Positions 1 to 11,424 of a stretch of 64,000 nt of DNA are shown here, in pieces. The stretch spans positions 11,532,001 through 11,596,000 of the forward strand of contig JAQFVV010000001.1 in NCBI GenBank assembly GCA_028023455.1, given 5' to 3'. The stretch comes from Epiperipatus broadwayi (Eukaryota; Animalia; Onychophora). Within the stretch, counting starts at the first letter, position 1; each line of letters begins with the position of its first letter. The notes beneath the pieces are model-generated. The model made no database searches. It saw only the letters and a list, made by a program, of their open reading frames with translations, and had not been told where the DNA came from. The translations under genes were made by a program, and so were the position numbers.

Positions 1-590
1 TTTACTAAAAAGTCTCCCATGACAATTTTAAAATGTTTATCTGAACAAAAGCCTTTTGTACATTCATATAAAACTTCTCTATTTTGTCATCACAATGAGA
101 ATTTATTGGGGCATAAATTTGAATTGCTTAAATTTGATATCTGCTATTAAATTGAATAACTAATCTTGCCACGCTGTCTGATACTCCCCCAATCTCCACA
201 ATGTTGTTCTTCACCTTTTATTTATAATGAATCCTAAATCCATTCGTACTTCTAATGTTTGTGCCTTTGTAGTACAGTACATGTCCACTTTTTAAATCAA
301 TTGTCTCTTCATCTTTTCTTCTAACTTCATAAAATCCAAATAATATCCCATTTAATATGAACAATTCTTCCAATTCATGTAATTTTCATTCACTTGAAAA
401 TAATCTACAATTGTATATACATAAATAAAAGGTTATCATTGAATGACAACATGGGTTTGCAATCAGGGGATTCTTAGCAACCTTTCCCTTCAGCTGCCAA
501 TCACTGCCTCGGCTGGTGACTCTACGGCTTCCTGGCAATAAAAGCCAAGATTTATTTTTGTCTGTCATGATTGTAAACATTTATTAGAAA
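1..590 (-). mobile_element. Decayed RTE-clade LINE, 5' part (APE endonuclease domain), running off the left edge
   Basis: Minus-strand translation with stops: GKVAKNP...LCIYNCRLFSSE*KLHELEEL...FYEVRRKDEETIDLKSGHVLYYKG...LGFIINKR...IQIYAP...DDKIEKFY. This matches the N-terminal APE motifs of RTE LINEs. Track ORF 386-580 is its N-terminal piece. Confidence 0.85.
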
Positions 591-1616
591 AAAAATTTTT
601 TTTTCATTCACACATACATTCTTTCTGCCTTCAAATAAACTCAACTGATTTCAGTTAAGAGCTATCAGATAAATGAGAAGACCATGGTGTTTCTTGATTT
701 TAAGGAAAAAAACTGCAACGACAAGAACATATGGAGTGGACATTAGGTATTTGCCCTGCTCGATTCCTTTAAAGTCAAGAGAAATCAAAGAGTCTCTTTT
801 CAGTTAACAGCAAATTCCTTTCTGCAGTTATTATTGTCATAAAATGTTATAGTTTCTGGGGGAAAAAAAATTGTTTACACCTTGAATGATAAGAATTGTT
901 CTAGAGGAAAATTAAATATAATGAAGTCTCAAGTATTGAGAAATATATTGATGAAAGATATCAACTTCTAATTTATTATTTAAGAAATACTAAAAAAGCT
1001 TGATAATTTAAAGTTCATGATTCTTCTGCGTGTACATATGAACAAGAGCATTTGTGCATCTTGAAATAAACTTGGTCTTTCAAGATATTCAAATAGTTTA
1101 TGGCAAATGCAAAGCTATTTATTAATTATTAGACTAAATTATTATTGATGCTTCAATGGATTAAAACTGCTAAAAAATACTCATGTGCAGATTGTGGCAA
1201 TTTTGTACCTTTTTTTTTTTCACAATCCTGAAAAACAATATATTCAGACTAAAATGTAATCATAAATATACGAAGACCATATAGAGAAAAGCTTTCATAA
1301 AGTATCTTTTTTTGTTTAAACAGTATGTGCTTAGCCGACTTGCGACTATTATAAGTCATATAGAAATAAATTGATAATGCATGTATAATAAGAGAAAAAT
1401 GTTCAACAAACAATGTTACTAGATAATCAACAATTAGATTTATACTTACTAAACTGACCACATGTAGTAAAAATTAAAAAACATGATAACTAGCAATTTA
1501 ATTAGTGCTTATCTAGTAACATCATTTGCTAAACGTTTTTATTTATTTACATCTTATTTATTCATAAAAAAATATTGAAATTCCGACTAGTTTACATAGA
1601 AAGCACAAAACTAATT

Positions 1617-2190
1617 TAGCCAAGATCTTAATAGCTAATAAACAAACATATTTCATGTTCCATATACAAAGTTATATCTTAGCTAATTTAGTTTCATGCT
1701 GCATGTATAAACTAGTCTGAATTTAAATATACATACCCCTTTGCAGACAACGGCTAAAAGATTACCTTTTACCTATGCTAATTTATTCAAACCTTGTTTG
1801 TTTTACCAATAGTGCTGGTGAATTTTGTCTATTCTTAGGAAGTAATGATTTTTCTATATTTGAATTTTTAGCTAGCATTATGCAATTGATTATTTCTTAT
1901 ATAGATCTATTTGGAACTTTTTCAAAAAATAAAATGATTATTGATTAATCTAGCTTTGTATATACATGGAATATGTTCATTTATTAGCAATCAAGATCTT
2001 ATAGCTAATTAAATTTTGCATTTCCTGTATAAATTAGTCTGAATTTAAATATACATATGATTTTGCAATGAATAGATAAGAGGTTACCTTTGACCTATGT
2101 GTTTTATTCAGATATTGTGATTATTTTATAGATAGTGCCAGTGAATTTTATCTATTCATTGGGAAGTAGTGATTTTAATATATGTATGCA
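1617..2190. repeat. Diverged ~360 bp direct duplication with an internal inverted segment
   Basis: AAGATCTT..TAGCTAAT..TAGTCTGAATTTAAATATACATA..TTACCTTT.ACCTATG..ATAGTGC..GTGAATTTT..GGAAGTA.TGATTTT occurs at ~1620-1860 and ~1990-2190. 1955-1985 is an inverted copy of ~1640-1675. Confidence 0.6.
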
Positions 2191-3799
2191 TATTTGTGCT
2201 TGAAAATAAATAAATAACCAAGTAAGTTTATTCATATTATTATTGGTGAAAATTCTGAAGCATATGAAATGACAATTGGTATTAAACAGGAATGTGAGCT
2301 ATCTCCAAATTTATTATCCATTTTAAACGGTTTATAGGAAGTTTCACAAAGCAGATATTATGATGCAGCATAGATTTAAAGATGGAATTATAGCAAAACA
2401 ATAAAAACCTACATTTTGGTTTCTAGATTTGTTTACTTGTGATTGGGCTATCTTGCAAACTTCCAATAACCTACAGAATATTAGTGTTTGAATACTATCT
2501 ATAAAGAATTCAGTTTCAGTTTAACAACTTAAGTGTTAAAAAATTGAAATTTTTTATCAACCCTTACTGAAAAATATCTATAACTATTGACTTAAATAAT
2601 AATCAGCTTGTTATTATAAGTTTAAAATACCCTAGTAATATTTTATTTAAAAAAAATGACTTAGATGTTAAAGTGTAGCATAGAAATTATTATAATAACA
2701 TTTAGAAAATTAAAACATAATGGCATAACCATGACTAAATTAATTATTTTACCATAATTATTTATTTGGAAATGAGTTGTGCATCTCCTATAGAAAGATC
2801 CATAACATAAAATATCCAAATAATTGAAAGGATATGACAGAGGACATTAAGGTGAGCTACAATAATCAAGTAATTAGTTTGTTGTTGTTTTTTATAGAAA
2901 AAGAAGTTTGTAAGATGTCAAATATACAAACTAAAAGTAGATGTATGTACATATAGACGATTTGAATTTCTCTAATTGATTTGTATAGTCGTCGAAAAAT
3001 TTATCTTAAGTTCTTATTTTGTCATTTTTTTATTTTTTGGAATTAAGATAGTCATATTTGTTTACTAATAATGAAATATACACTAATAATTTTGTTTCCG
3101 TTTAAAATAAAGAATGCAAAACTATTTTATATCAATAAACTAATTAGCAGTTAGTAAAATAAAAATTTCTTATGAAAACGGTATACAATCACAATAAAAA
3201 TAATTATTTACATACAATAATTTATAAAATCTATATTTATGAAAAGAACAACTGGTTTTATATATATATATGCGTAGAAATAATCTGTGACTAATAAAAA
3301 ATATGTAAAACTTCAAAATAAATGTGGAAGGAGAAAAAAAATTCATGTAGACGTGTATTCATTTGCTTGTATTTTTAAATCTATATAAATGTGTCCAAGC
3401 ATAAATATTTAGAGAAATAAATAAGGAATTAAAATGATTTTTTTACTGAATGAGCATTTTAAAAACAAAAAATTGTTTCATAATGTCCAAAATTGACTAC
3501 TGTTGCTTTTATAAAAAATATCTTAAAATGTAATTTAAATGTTACAAATAAATAATAATTATTTTACAAAGATTACACTTTCTATATTTCTAACTTTGAA
3601 ACATAAACAAATTAACATGATTACATATTCTATAATTGATTCCACAAAAAATATAGATGCAAAAATTTGAGTTTTATCATTTAATAAATGCTTAAGTATA
3701 AAATTTTCATCTTGGGATCATTAAAAGTAAGGATAATAGCTTGTTAATTTTCAAAAATGAAGGAATGATTAATTAAAAATAATAATATAATATTAAAAC

Positions 3800-3842
3800 C
3801 TCCATAAAGCCAAGCTTCATCGTCCTCCATGATGTCTGCCAT
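3800..3842 (-). CDS. FIP1L1: Pre-mRNA 3'-end processing factor FIP1, first coding exon (MADIMEDDEAWLYG+G); the rest of the gene lies further left
   Basis: AAAATGG start context. The acidic stretch followed by WLYG is the characteristic N-terminal motif of metazoan Fip1 (human DEEEEWLYG). A phase-1 GT donor at 3799-3798 follows directly, and read-through hits a stop within 10 codons. No downstream exon was recognised in the window. Confidence 0.8.
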
Positions 3843-3862
3843 TTTGAAACACGGAATCCATC

Positions 3863-3878
3863 TAGCGACCTCTTGTGA
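3863..3878 (-). promoter_or_regulatory. CTCF-like motif just upstream of the FIP1L1 start codon
   Basis: Minus strand TCACAAGAGGTCGCTA, about 13/16 match to the CCACYAGRKGGCRSYR consensus. Motif match only. Confidence 0.3.
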
Positions 3879-4603
3879 ATAATGTGTATGTTTTTAAAAT
3901 TTGAGTAAAATTGCATTTTAATTTTATTGGGTAATATCAAATTATTTTAGTATCATTTTTCTAATTAAGTCCATTGAACAGGTAAATTATGAAAAACTTT
4001 ATTTTTGTAATAACATTACATATTTTAGTTTTAACGATATAATTTGGACAAATACGTAGAAAAAACATATATATTTTATTTACTTTGTATCCTAATAATT
4101 TTAACATTTGATTAAACCGTAAAGAATAAATTTTTCAAAAATAATATTTTGAATTTAAATACTATTTTAAAAAGTCCAAATTTCAGCATAGTTAAAATAT
4201 TAATAGTTAAATATTTATTAAATGAAAGTGTTAAAATTCAAAATATTCTTTATCTATATACTACGATAATTAAAATAGTTTAATAATGCTGCAACTAAAA
4301 ACTAATAATAGTCAGTTCAACAATTGAGGTAAAGAAATGGAAAGGTATCTGATATTACTTTTAGATTTATAAGTTCTGTTCTTTGATTTGTGATATATTT
4401 AGCTGTAATTTTGATTGCTGTTTATACGTATAAAGTTTACATTGGTAACCAAGTGTTTTTGCAGGATTACGCAGTAAAAAAAAAAAAACGATTAAAGTCT
4501 TTAAAAGAAGAAAAAATAGATAATACGTACTAAGATTTTAAAATGTAATTACAAATCTTCCACTAATTTCATAGAAGTTGTTTATAAAATTCCAATTACC
4601 TTT

Positions 4604-5192
4604 TGTAGTGTCCTGGACAAGTTGATTTAAGATTGTTGAAATTCTTTATGTAAATAATAGTGTAAAATTAAAGATTCATAAATAATATGTATATTAAAAG
4701 TATTGGAATTATTCTTTATGTAAATAATAGTGTAAAATTAAAGATTCATAAATAATATGTATAATAAAAGTATTGGAATTATTAATGTAAATTGTCATGT
4801 AGAAATAACCATATATGGGTTTAAAGTTAAGTAAAATGTACTTATTAAAATGCCTCGCCTTATAAGGTAAAAATGGGGATAAATCAAAAACCATAAGGAC
4901 TAGCGAAGGGTTCAGCTATCAGACTATATAAGGAGAGATATTTATGGAATGTTTTGTTAGGACTCCAGAAGTGGGTATATAAGTGGGATGTAGAGGGAGA
5001 ATCGGAGCAGTAGTAGAAAAAGTTAGACTACAGTGGCCCTAATGGGCAGGCCTATGATATCCAACTTTTAAGGAGTGCTTTACCCAATGTATGTAACAGT
5101 AATGTAAATATTGTAATTTGCCGAAAATTAAAGTAATAATTTAACTTACTCAAATCTGTCTAAAGTCTCATTTATTTGACGCATACACGTCA
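4604..5192 (+). mobile_element. Solo LTR (589 bp) with 5-bp TSD
   Basis: TG...CA termini (TGTAGTG / CACGTCA); CCTTT on both sides (4599-4603, 5193-5197); internal GGGTATATAAG TATA box (~4975) and downstream ATTAAA. Confidence 0.8.
4641..4783. repeat. 70-bp tandem duplication inside the solo LTR U3
   Basis: ATTCTTTATGTAAATAATAGTG...TATTGGAATT at 4641 and 4711, one mismatch. Confidence 0.95.
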
Positions 5193-5318
5193 CCTTTGCA
5201 ATAGTAAAATTTTCTGTTACGCAAAGAGTAATACAAGTTCGTTAAATTAATATTATATTATAAATTTAACTAACAACAAATATTAAAAGTTGGGCATTGC
5301 AATATTAATAATAGTTAT

Positions 5319-6011
5319 TAGAAGGGATTTGAACTCAGACTTTCAAGCCTCCCACAGCTATCCGCTCATCCTATACATGTGAATAAGATAAATGATCTCC
5401 AATACAACTGACTCATCAGTTAGACCAAATCATCATCTGCCGCATATATATATAATCAGTGCTCAGTTTATATTAAGTTAGCAAACTTTAATGAACAGGC
5501 TTCAATCTTCTCCAACTCTTCAGCCACCCATATTGAAAATCTGATGATGGAACACTCATAGTCTCTATTGATGTCAAACTTATTGTCATATCCATGTTGA
5601 TCTTAAGTCACTCTGATCTTTCACAGATAATGGAACATTCAAAGCCCTTATTGATGCTAAACTTATTGTCATGCCCATGTTGACTAAATCATCAGATTTT
5701 CAATTATATGAATGGCTGAAGAGTTGGAGCATGGAAAAGATTGAAGCCTGTCCATTAAAATTTCAAGATTTGCTATTTTAATATAAATTGAGCACTGATT
5801 ATATATATGTGTGTGAAAGATGATGATCTGGACCAACTAATGAGTGTTAGTTCAGCATGAAATACATTTATTGGAGATTATTTTTTTCACATTTGTGTGG
5901 TCATGTGTATCGGTTGCATAAGATGAGTGGATAGCTGTAGGGAGCTTGAAAGTCTGAGTTCAAATCCCTTTTAATTACATTAAGTTCAGTATAGATAATA
6001 TACTTGTATTA
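5319..6011. mobile_element. Inverted-arm (foldback) insertion, family R3, with 18-bp TSD
   Basis: Arm ~5319-5550 is inverted against ~5688-5975. There is an internal ~83 bp direct repeat. Flanks are AATATTAATAATAGTTAT (5301-5318) and AATATTAGTAATAGTTAT (6012-6029). Confidence 0.75.
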
Positions 6012-6148
6012 AATATTAGTAATAGTTATATAGATTAATAATATTTCATTTAGTACATTATGCATTTTATCTAATTAGCGGGAAGATTTATTGAATTAAT
6101 AAAGTTTTGATTATTTGTAGCTAAACTTAGGTAGCTGCTTTTGATATC

Positions 6149-6470
6149 TATCATCATCATTAACCATTATCAATCCACTGCAGGATGAAGGTCTCTAAAA
6201 GTTCAAACCATCTCCGATCTTTAGCTTCTCTTCTCCACATCACCCCTGCACACTTTCTTATTTCATCCATCCATCTCACATGTGGTCTCTTTCTGGGTCT
6301 TTTACAATCTCTTGGCATCCCGTTTAAGATTTCAATTGTCCATCTATTATCATCTCTTATAGCAATATGTCCAGCCCAACTTCACTTCAGTCTTTTAATT
6401 TTTTCAATGAGGTCAATAACACCTGTTTATTCTCTTATCCATATATTGCATTTTCGATCTCTTCTATAAG
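6149..6470 (-). mobile_element. 5'-truncated RTE LINE, 3' end with (TGA)n tail
   Basis: Minus translation VIDLIEKIKRLK*SWAGHIAIRDDNRWTIEILNGMPRDCKRPRKRPHVRWMDEI matches the RTE C-terminal W.WAGH...RW..RP..RW.D motif. It ends in TGATGATGA. Same family as 43205-43860. Confidence 0.9.
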
Positions 6471-7194
6471 GTAGTATAAATTGAATTTTCTACCATTTAT
6501 ACAATAATTAAAAAAATGTCAAATGCCAGATGCTAACATGGTAGTAATTTAATTTTAAATTACTGTATTTGGTTTATACAAAATGAAGCAATGGATCTGA
6601 AGTCCAATCCATGCTTCACATCTTCCTATAAACTTGATTAATATTGTAAACCTAAATTAAGTTTATAGTCCAATATCAGCAGAGTTTTACATTACAGCTA
6701 AAATTAATTACGTTATTAAATTTGTATTTGCTTTTAAATATTTCCTTTTAAATAAATTCCATTGTAACATTAAATTGCTGTTAAAAATATTACTTGTGAA
6801 AACCGTTTAGTCAAACATATATATATACATCTAGCGTATATATATATATGAGTTAATGCAAAATTCTGCTGAAATAAAATGCTTATTCTACTATAAAAAA
6901 ATAATAATATATTGTTGTTAAAATTTTGTTAAAATATTTAGTATGATTTGATTTTGAGATAAGCCCGCCAACATTTTCTAAAAGAATGTATAGTTTTAAT
7001 TAGTGAGCCATTCAAGTCTAATTAAAGATGGCCTTCTCTTTCTTTTTTTTTTAAATTAATAGAATTCAAACTTTAAAGAAAGAAAGTTAGAGTAAAAAAG
7101 TTAAAGTTATTTTTAGAAAATGTTACTTTGAAACAAAGGAGCATGGGGGCTTATCAAGATCATACGAACAATAGAAGGTAGCTGACAGAGAGGG

Positions 7195-7204
7195 TATAAA
7201 TAAA
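7195..7204 (+). promoter_or_regulatory. Overlapping TATA box and AATAAA poly(A) signal of LTR A
   Basis: GGGTATAAATAAAAGGG followed ~25 nt later by TCAG initiator-like motifs. Confidence 0.6.
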
Positions 7205-7224
7205 AGGGAGAACAAAAGATTAGG

Positions 7225-7462
7225 CAATCAGAGTTTCTTTTTGGAACAAGTCAATCAGAGTTTCCTTTTGGAACAAGTCAATCAGAGTTTCTTTTTGGAA
7301 CAAGTCAATCAGAGTTTCCTTTTGGAACAAGTCAATCAGAGTTTCCTTTTGGAACAAGTCAATCAGAGTTTCCTTTTTGGAAAAAGATCAGTCATTCAGA
7401 TTTTCCTTTTGGAAAAGATCAGTCATTCAGATTTTCCTTTTGGAAAAGATTATTCATTCAGA
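7225..7462 (+). repeat. 27-bp tandem array (5 copies plus 3 variant units) at the putative R/U5 start of LTR A; second copy at 13404-13641
   Basis: Unit GTCAATCAGAGTTTCCTTTTGGAACAA, followed by GATCAGTCATTCAGATTTTCCTTTTGGAAAA variants. Confidence 0.95.
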
Positions 7463-8812
7463 GTATTCTTGCGGGCTGTCAGATTGCTCCGTGGAGAACT
7501 TTAGAAATTTTGCTGTTGCCTGTTGTGATTTTATTATATGAATTCGATGGAGTCTACCATGCTTGGCTAGGCAAATAAATAACTTTGTCCACCGCCGAGG
7601 GTTCCTCAATACCAGAAAAATGCCGTAGTATTTACTCAATCGTCATCTGAACTCTGTGCCGTGTCTGGAGGACTTTTTGTGAAACCATGCTACCGATTTC
7701 CACTTTCCTTGTCCGGACAAACACATATCATCAGACGGATCAAGCTACGCCCGTCGATGGAACATGACCAAGGAATAAGGACGGTAATCATATCTCTCCT
7801 CATGAACTATTTATTATGCTACCCTTTTTGTCCATACTTTTTATAATTGCTTCCTTGAATATTTATGAAATGTGTGTTTAATGATATTTATAATGTAACT
7901 ATTTTTATTAGACTAGTTAGATATATGTATATGTGATCATCTATCTAGTTATTTAACTTTTTTTCCTTCGCTATTCTTCAATACTCCCATGTGTAAATAT
8001 TTTAATTCTATTGCAGTTAAGTTTATTAGTTAATTGTTCATATAAAAATCCCTTTCCAGTTTTATTCATACTTGTAAAATTTAGTACGAGTAAGTTTCCT
8101 TTTTTTTTGTTTGCCAACTTGATCTCCTCGATAACGCTTCTTTTGTCCGCCATTAGCTTCTTACGTATGTCAGATTTAGCGATATACATCTTAAATCATT
8201 TTAAACTCTGTTTTAGCGCAAAGCAATTCGAAACTGCTTTGCGAAAGATTTTTATTATTGCACCTTATCGAGCAGATTCGAGTTGACAATGTTTAATAAA
8301 GCTGGGAAGGAAAGATTTAGACCGCAAGCATATTAATCTGGTTTTCATTGTCTTATTAGCTATTCATTAATTTCGGGGAATAGCGAAGGCCATTAAATTA
8401 TTAATAATATTTCAAATGTCATTTATTAAAGATATTTATTTAACTAAAAAGCTTGAGTTTGCTAGTTATATTTCAATGCTTTGTTTTACTTTTAAATGAT
8501 CCAGGCACGCCAAACACATATTTCTAAGTATTTTTGCACATTTAACTATTTAGCTCCGTAGGTGGTTCTGTCCATGTCTCCCGTTGATGCTAAGCTCGTG
8601 GCGCGGTAAGAAAATATCTATGCGTGTCTCAGATAGTGTTGTTCGGTTCATGATAGCTTTGAGACTAGACGAATAGGGCAGAGGTCATAGTATTCTTGGT
8701 TTAATATCTCGCATATGGGTGGCCTCGAGGTACTTTTGCCTAGTATTCGAACTGGGTTAAATCAACATACATCATCTGACTGTCACAGTAGATTTTTTTT
8801 TTTTCCGCATTC

Positions 8813-8830
8813 TGGCGTCCATCGTGTGGC
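8813..8830 (+). promoter_or_regulatory. Primer-binding site, tRNA-Lys(CUU)-like
   Basis: TGGCGTCCATCGTGTGGC versus the canonical Lys1,2 PBS TGGCGCCCAACGTGGGGC (15/18). It lies 25 nt downstream of the LTR end. Confidence 0.7.
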
Positions 8831-9912
8831 TATTCGAAATTTTCCACACCCTGTAGGCAGCGTTTATGTTTTAAATAATAATATATATGTAGAATTTTTT
8901 TTGTCCTCGGATTTGTACGCATATATATAGTGATTGTTTTAAATAACACGAATAATTGTTAGTTATACGTGAATTTTTTTGCTTCAAGTTGTCGCAGTGG
9001 GACGAATGTCATTTTTTTTTAAAAAAAAATTTAGTACCCTGAGAAGTTTGTTTTGGTCTAATATATTTATACAAAAAAATATATATAATTTTTTCTGAGT
9101 CTTGTTTCCTAATGTGAGCAAATGTCATTTTTTAAAATTAATTGAAAAGTTAAAGGTGTCATAAAGTAAAAATTTTTTTTTCCGAGTTTAGTATATATAT
9201 GAAATGAATGTTTTACATTTAGAAAAGTTAACACTCCGTTAGTTTTTTTTTATAGTGAATATATATATTAATGAGAATAAATATCAGAGTTATAGCAAGA
9301 TTTTTTTTTCCGAATGAATAGTTTTGTCGATGGCCAGTTGCCATATTGTTGTTTATCGTATAAAGTATATACCTTCGATGAGGCGGAAGTGTTAACTATA
9401 TACCCACCCGCCCTCCCTTAAAATAGCTAGTAATGCTTAAATCTGAGAAGTTTTAATATAATAATGTTTTTTCGAAATATAACATTTTAGTTAAAAGTAC
9501 AAATAGATAATAGAATTATGTTTCCGTTGTACAAATTTTTGTAAAGATTAAAATTGATAACATTCTTTCGTTAATAGAAATTTTTTATAAGATCAAAAAG
9601 TTTGATAAGTTCAAACTATATTGTTTCACTTTCTCTGCGTTAGTTTCCTTAATTAAATCAGTAATTTTAATCATGCAGAATTTTTTTTTCACTTTTAAAT
9701 ATTTTGAAATTACGTTCCGTGCAAACAATAGATATAAAATAAGTTTTGTTTCAATAATAACAAACTTAATTGTCAACTTTATGAAAAGTAAATGCGTATG
9801 TTCGGTAATAAATATATATATTAAAGATATATTTTTGTATAACATATGTCAGCCACCCTTTAGTTAAGATTTTTTTCTCCATTTCGGATTATGCTATTGA
9901 ATCATTTATTGA

Positions 9913-10021
9913 GTAACCGTTAGGTGAAGACCCTTTGGGTAACCGTTAGGTGAAGCCCTTGTTTTTTAGTAACCATGTTTGGTGAAGACCCTTAGAGTAA
10001 CTGTTTAGGCGAAGACCCCTT
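9913..10021 (+). repeat. Four ~27-bp tandem units in the element A leader
   Basis: GTAACCGTTAGGTGAAGACCCT-like unit, four copies. Confidence 0.85.
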
Positions 10022-11004
10022 ACATTGTAGAGTTCTCGATTGCTGAGTAGCCTGAAATAATAGGTCTATGTCCGCAATCATTGCTTCCTTGTCATAGTTG
10101 CGACCAGCGTTTACTAGCCTGAAATAATAGGAGTATGTGGTTTGCAAGTTGACATCTTTCTAATAAATTCATGTACATGATAATAAAAGAAATATTTGTA
10201 TAGGTATATCTGTTTGTATATTTATATGTAGTCATATATATGCTTATTTAATGATGTACATATTCATATATATGGATGCATATGGTATACACTTCGTTAT
10301 AGTTCGGTAAAACCCGTTTTTATATAAATGTTTTTTAAACAGTTTTTGATTTCAATGCGTGATTCTGTAAAATTGCGTGATAATTGTTAATCTATTTCGG
10401 GTGTGACCAAAATGGTAGTTGGTTTCGATCCCAGGTTCATAATTCGGAGTGGCGGTTATCATGGGATTTTACTTTTATTTTAATTGTTTTTTGTATTAAT
10501 ATTTTGTTTTGTTAATCGTACTTTAGGCTGGTTAAATTTTTTTTCTGTCTTGACCAAAACGGTAGCGTGGTTTCGAACCCAGGTCAGACATGTTACCTTA
10601 CTTAGTTGTTATACGTCTTAGACTTACTTAATATTGTCATTTAAAATACCATTTACTTATTCATGCAGAGATTTTTTTGAAAGTGAAGTGAAAATCAAAA
10701 TAAATTGTAATCGCATTAAACTTTATAAACCTTACCAATGTGTGCTTGGATCATTATCCATTAATATGTATATTTGATATGGCCATTGTCTTGTCGACTG
10801 GCACCCTTCTCAAATAAATTTGTCGGCAAGTGCAATCTCTCATATCGGATATCAAATAAACCAAACTATAGTAGATGATCAAAATAACAATGTATGCATA
10901 GTGAGCCAAAATAATTTTTAAACATGACTTACGTATATTTTGCTCACATATTTTTTATATATATATACTTGTATTAATGTAAATGCATTTTTTAGTTGTT
11001 TCAG

Positions 11005-11029
11005 GTGTCAGAGAAAGCCAGGTCAAGCT
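11005..11029 (+). other. Candidate 25-nt microexon in the element A leader
   Basis: TTTTTTAGTTGTTTCAG acceptor, GTGTCAGAGAAAGCCAGGTCAAGCT, then a GTAAGT donor. A homologous microexon is present in element B. Confidence 0.6.
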
Positions 11030-11424
11030 GTAAGTGTGTTATTTTAATTATATTGGGACAAAATAGCAGTGATATTTTAATGAAATATAACAATAAATAA
11101 AGTGAGGAGACTAATATGTAGTATAAATATTAAAGACAGACACAGCAGGATTTTAAATATATATATTTTGATGTACAAACAGATACATATAGGCATAGGG
11201 TTAAGATAGGACCTCGTAAGGTAGGCAAAGTTAAATTTCTGAAAACATATAAATAAAACACATAGTTGGAACTTAGAATAGTGACTTATTTTAGAAAGAA
11301 ATAATTTTTTTTTGTGTTAATAACTAGTATAAAAATATACTTATCCAGATTGTTTAGTAAAAGACGAACACATTTTACAAACAAAGTGAATGTTATATAA
11401 CAAAATAGCCAATATTAGGCAAAA

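Larger units (their letters stand above)
6584..8787 (+). repeat. 5' LTR of element A (2204 bp)
   Basis: Identity with the second copy starts at TGAAGCAATGG and ends at GACTGTCACA; about 15 differences counted by eye. Confidence 0.95.

Noticed and set aside
386-580. 64-aa minus ORF as FIP1L1 exon 2
   Set aside because: It continues in frame into LINE endonuclease motifs, so it is part of the RTE remnant.
6185-6469. 94-aa plus-strand ORF
   Set aside because: Antisense shadow of the RTE LINE 3' end on the minus strand.
7241-7504. ORF with repeated EQVNQSFLL (also 13420-13683); CRISPR-like appearance of the array
   Set aside because: Artefact of a 27-bp (multiple of 3) tandem repeat in the LTR; non-ATG start; no unique spacers; eukaryotic context.
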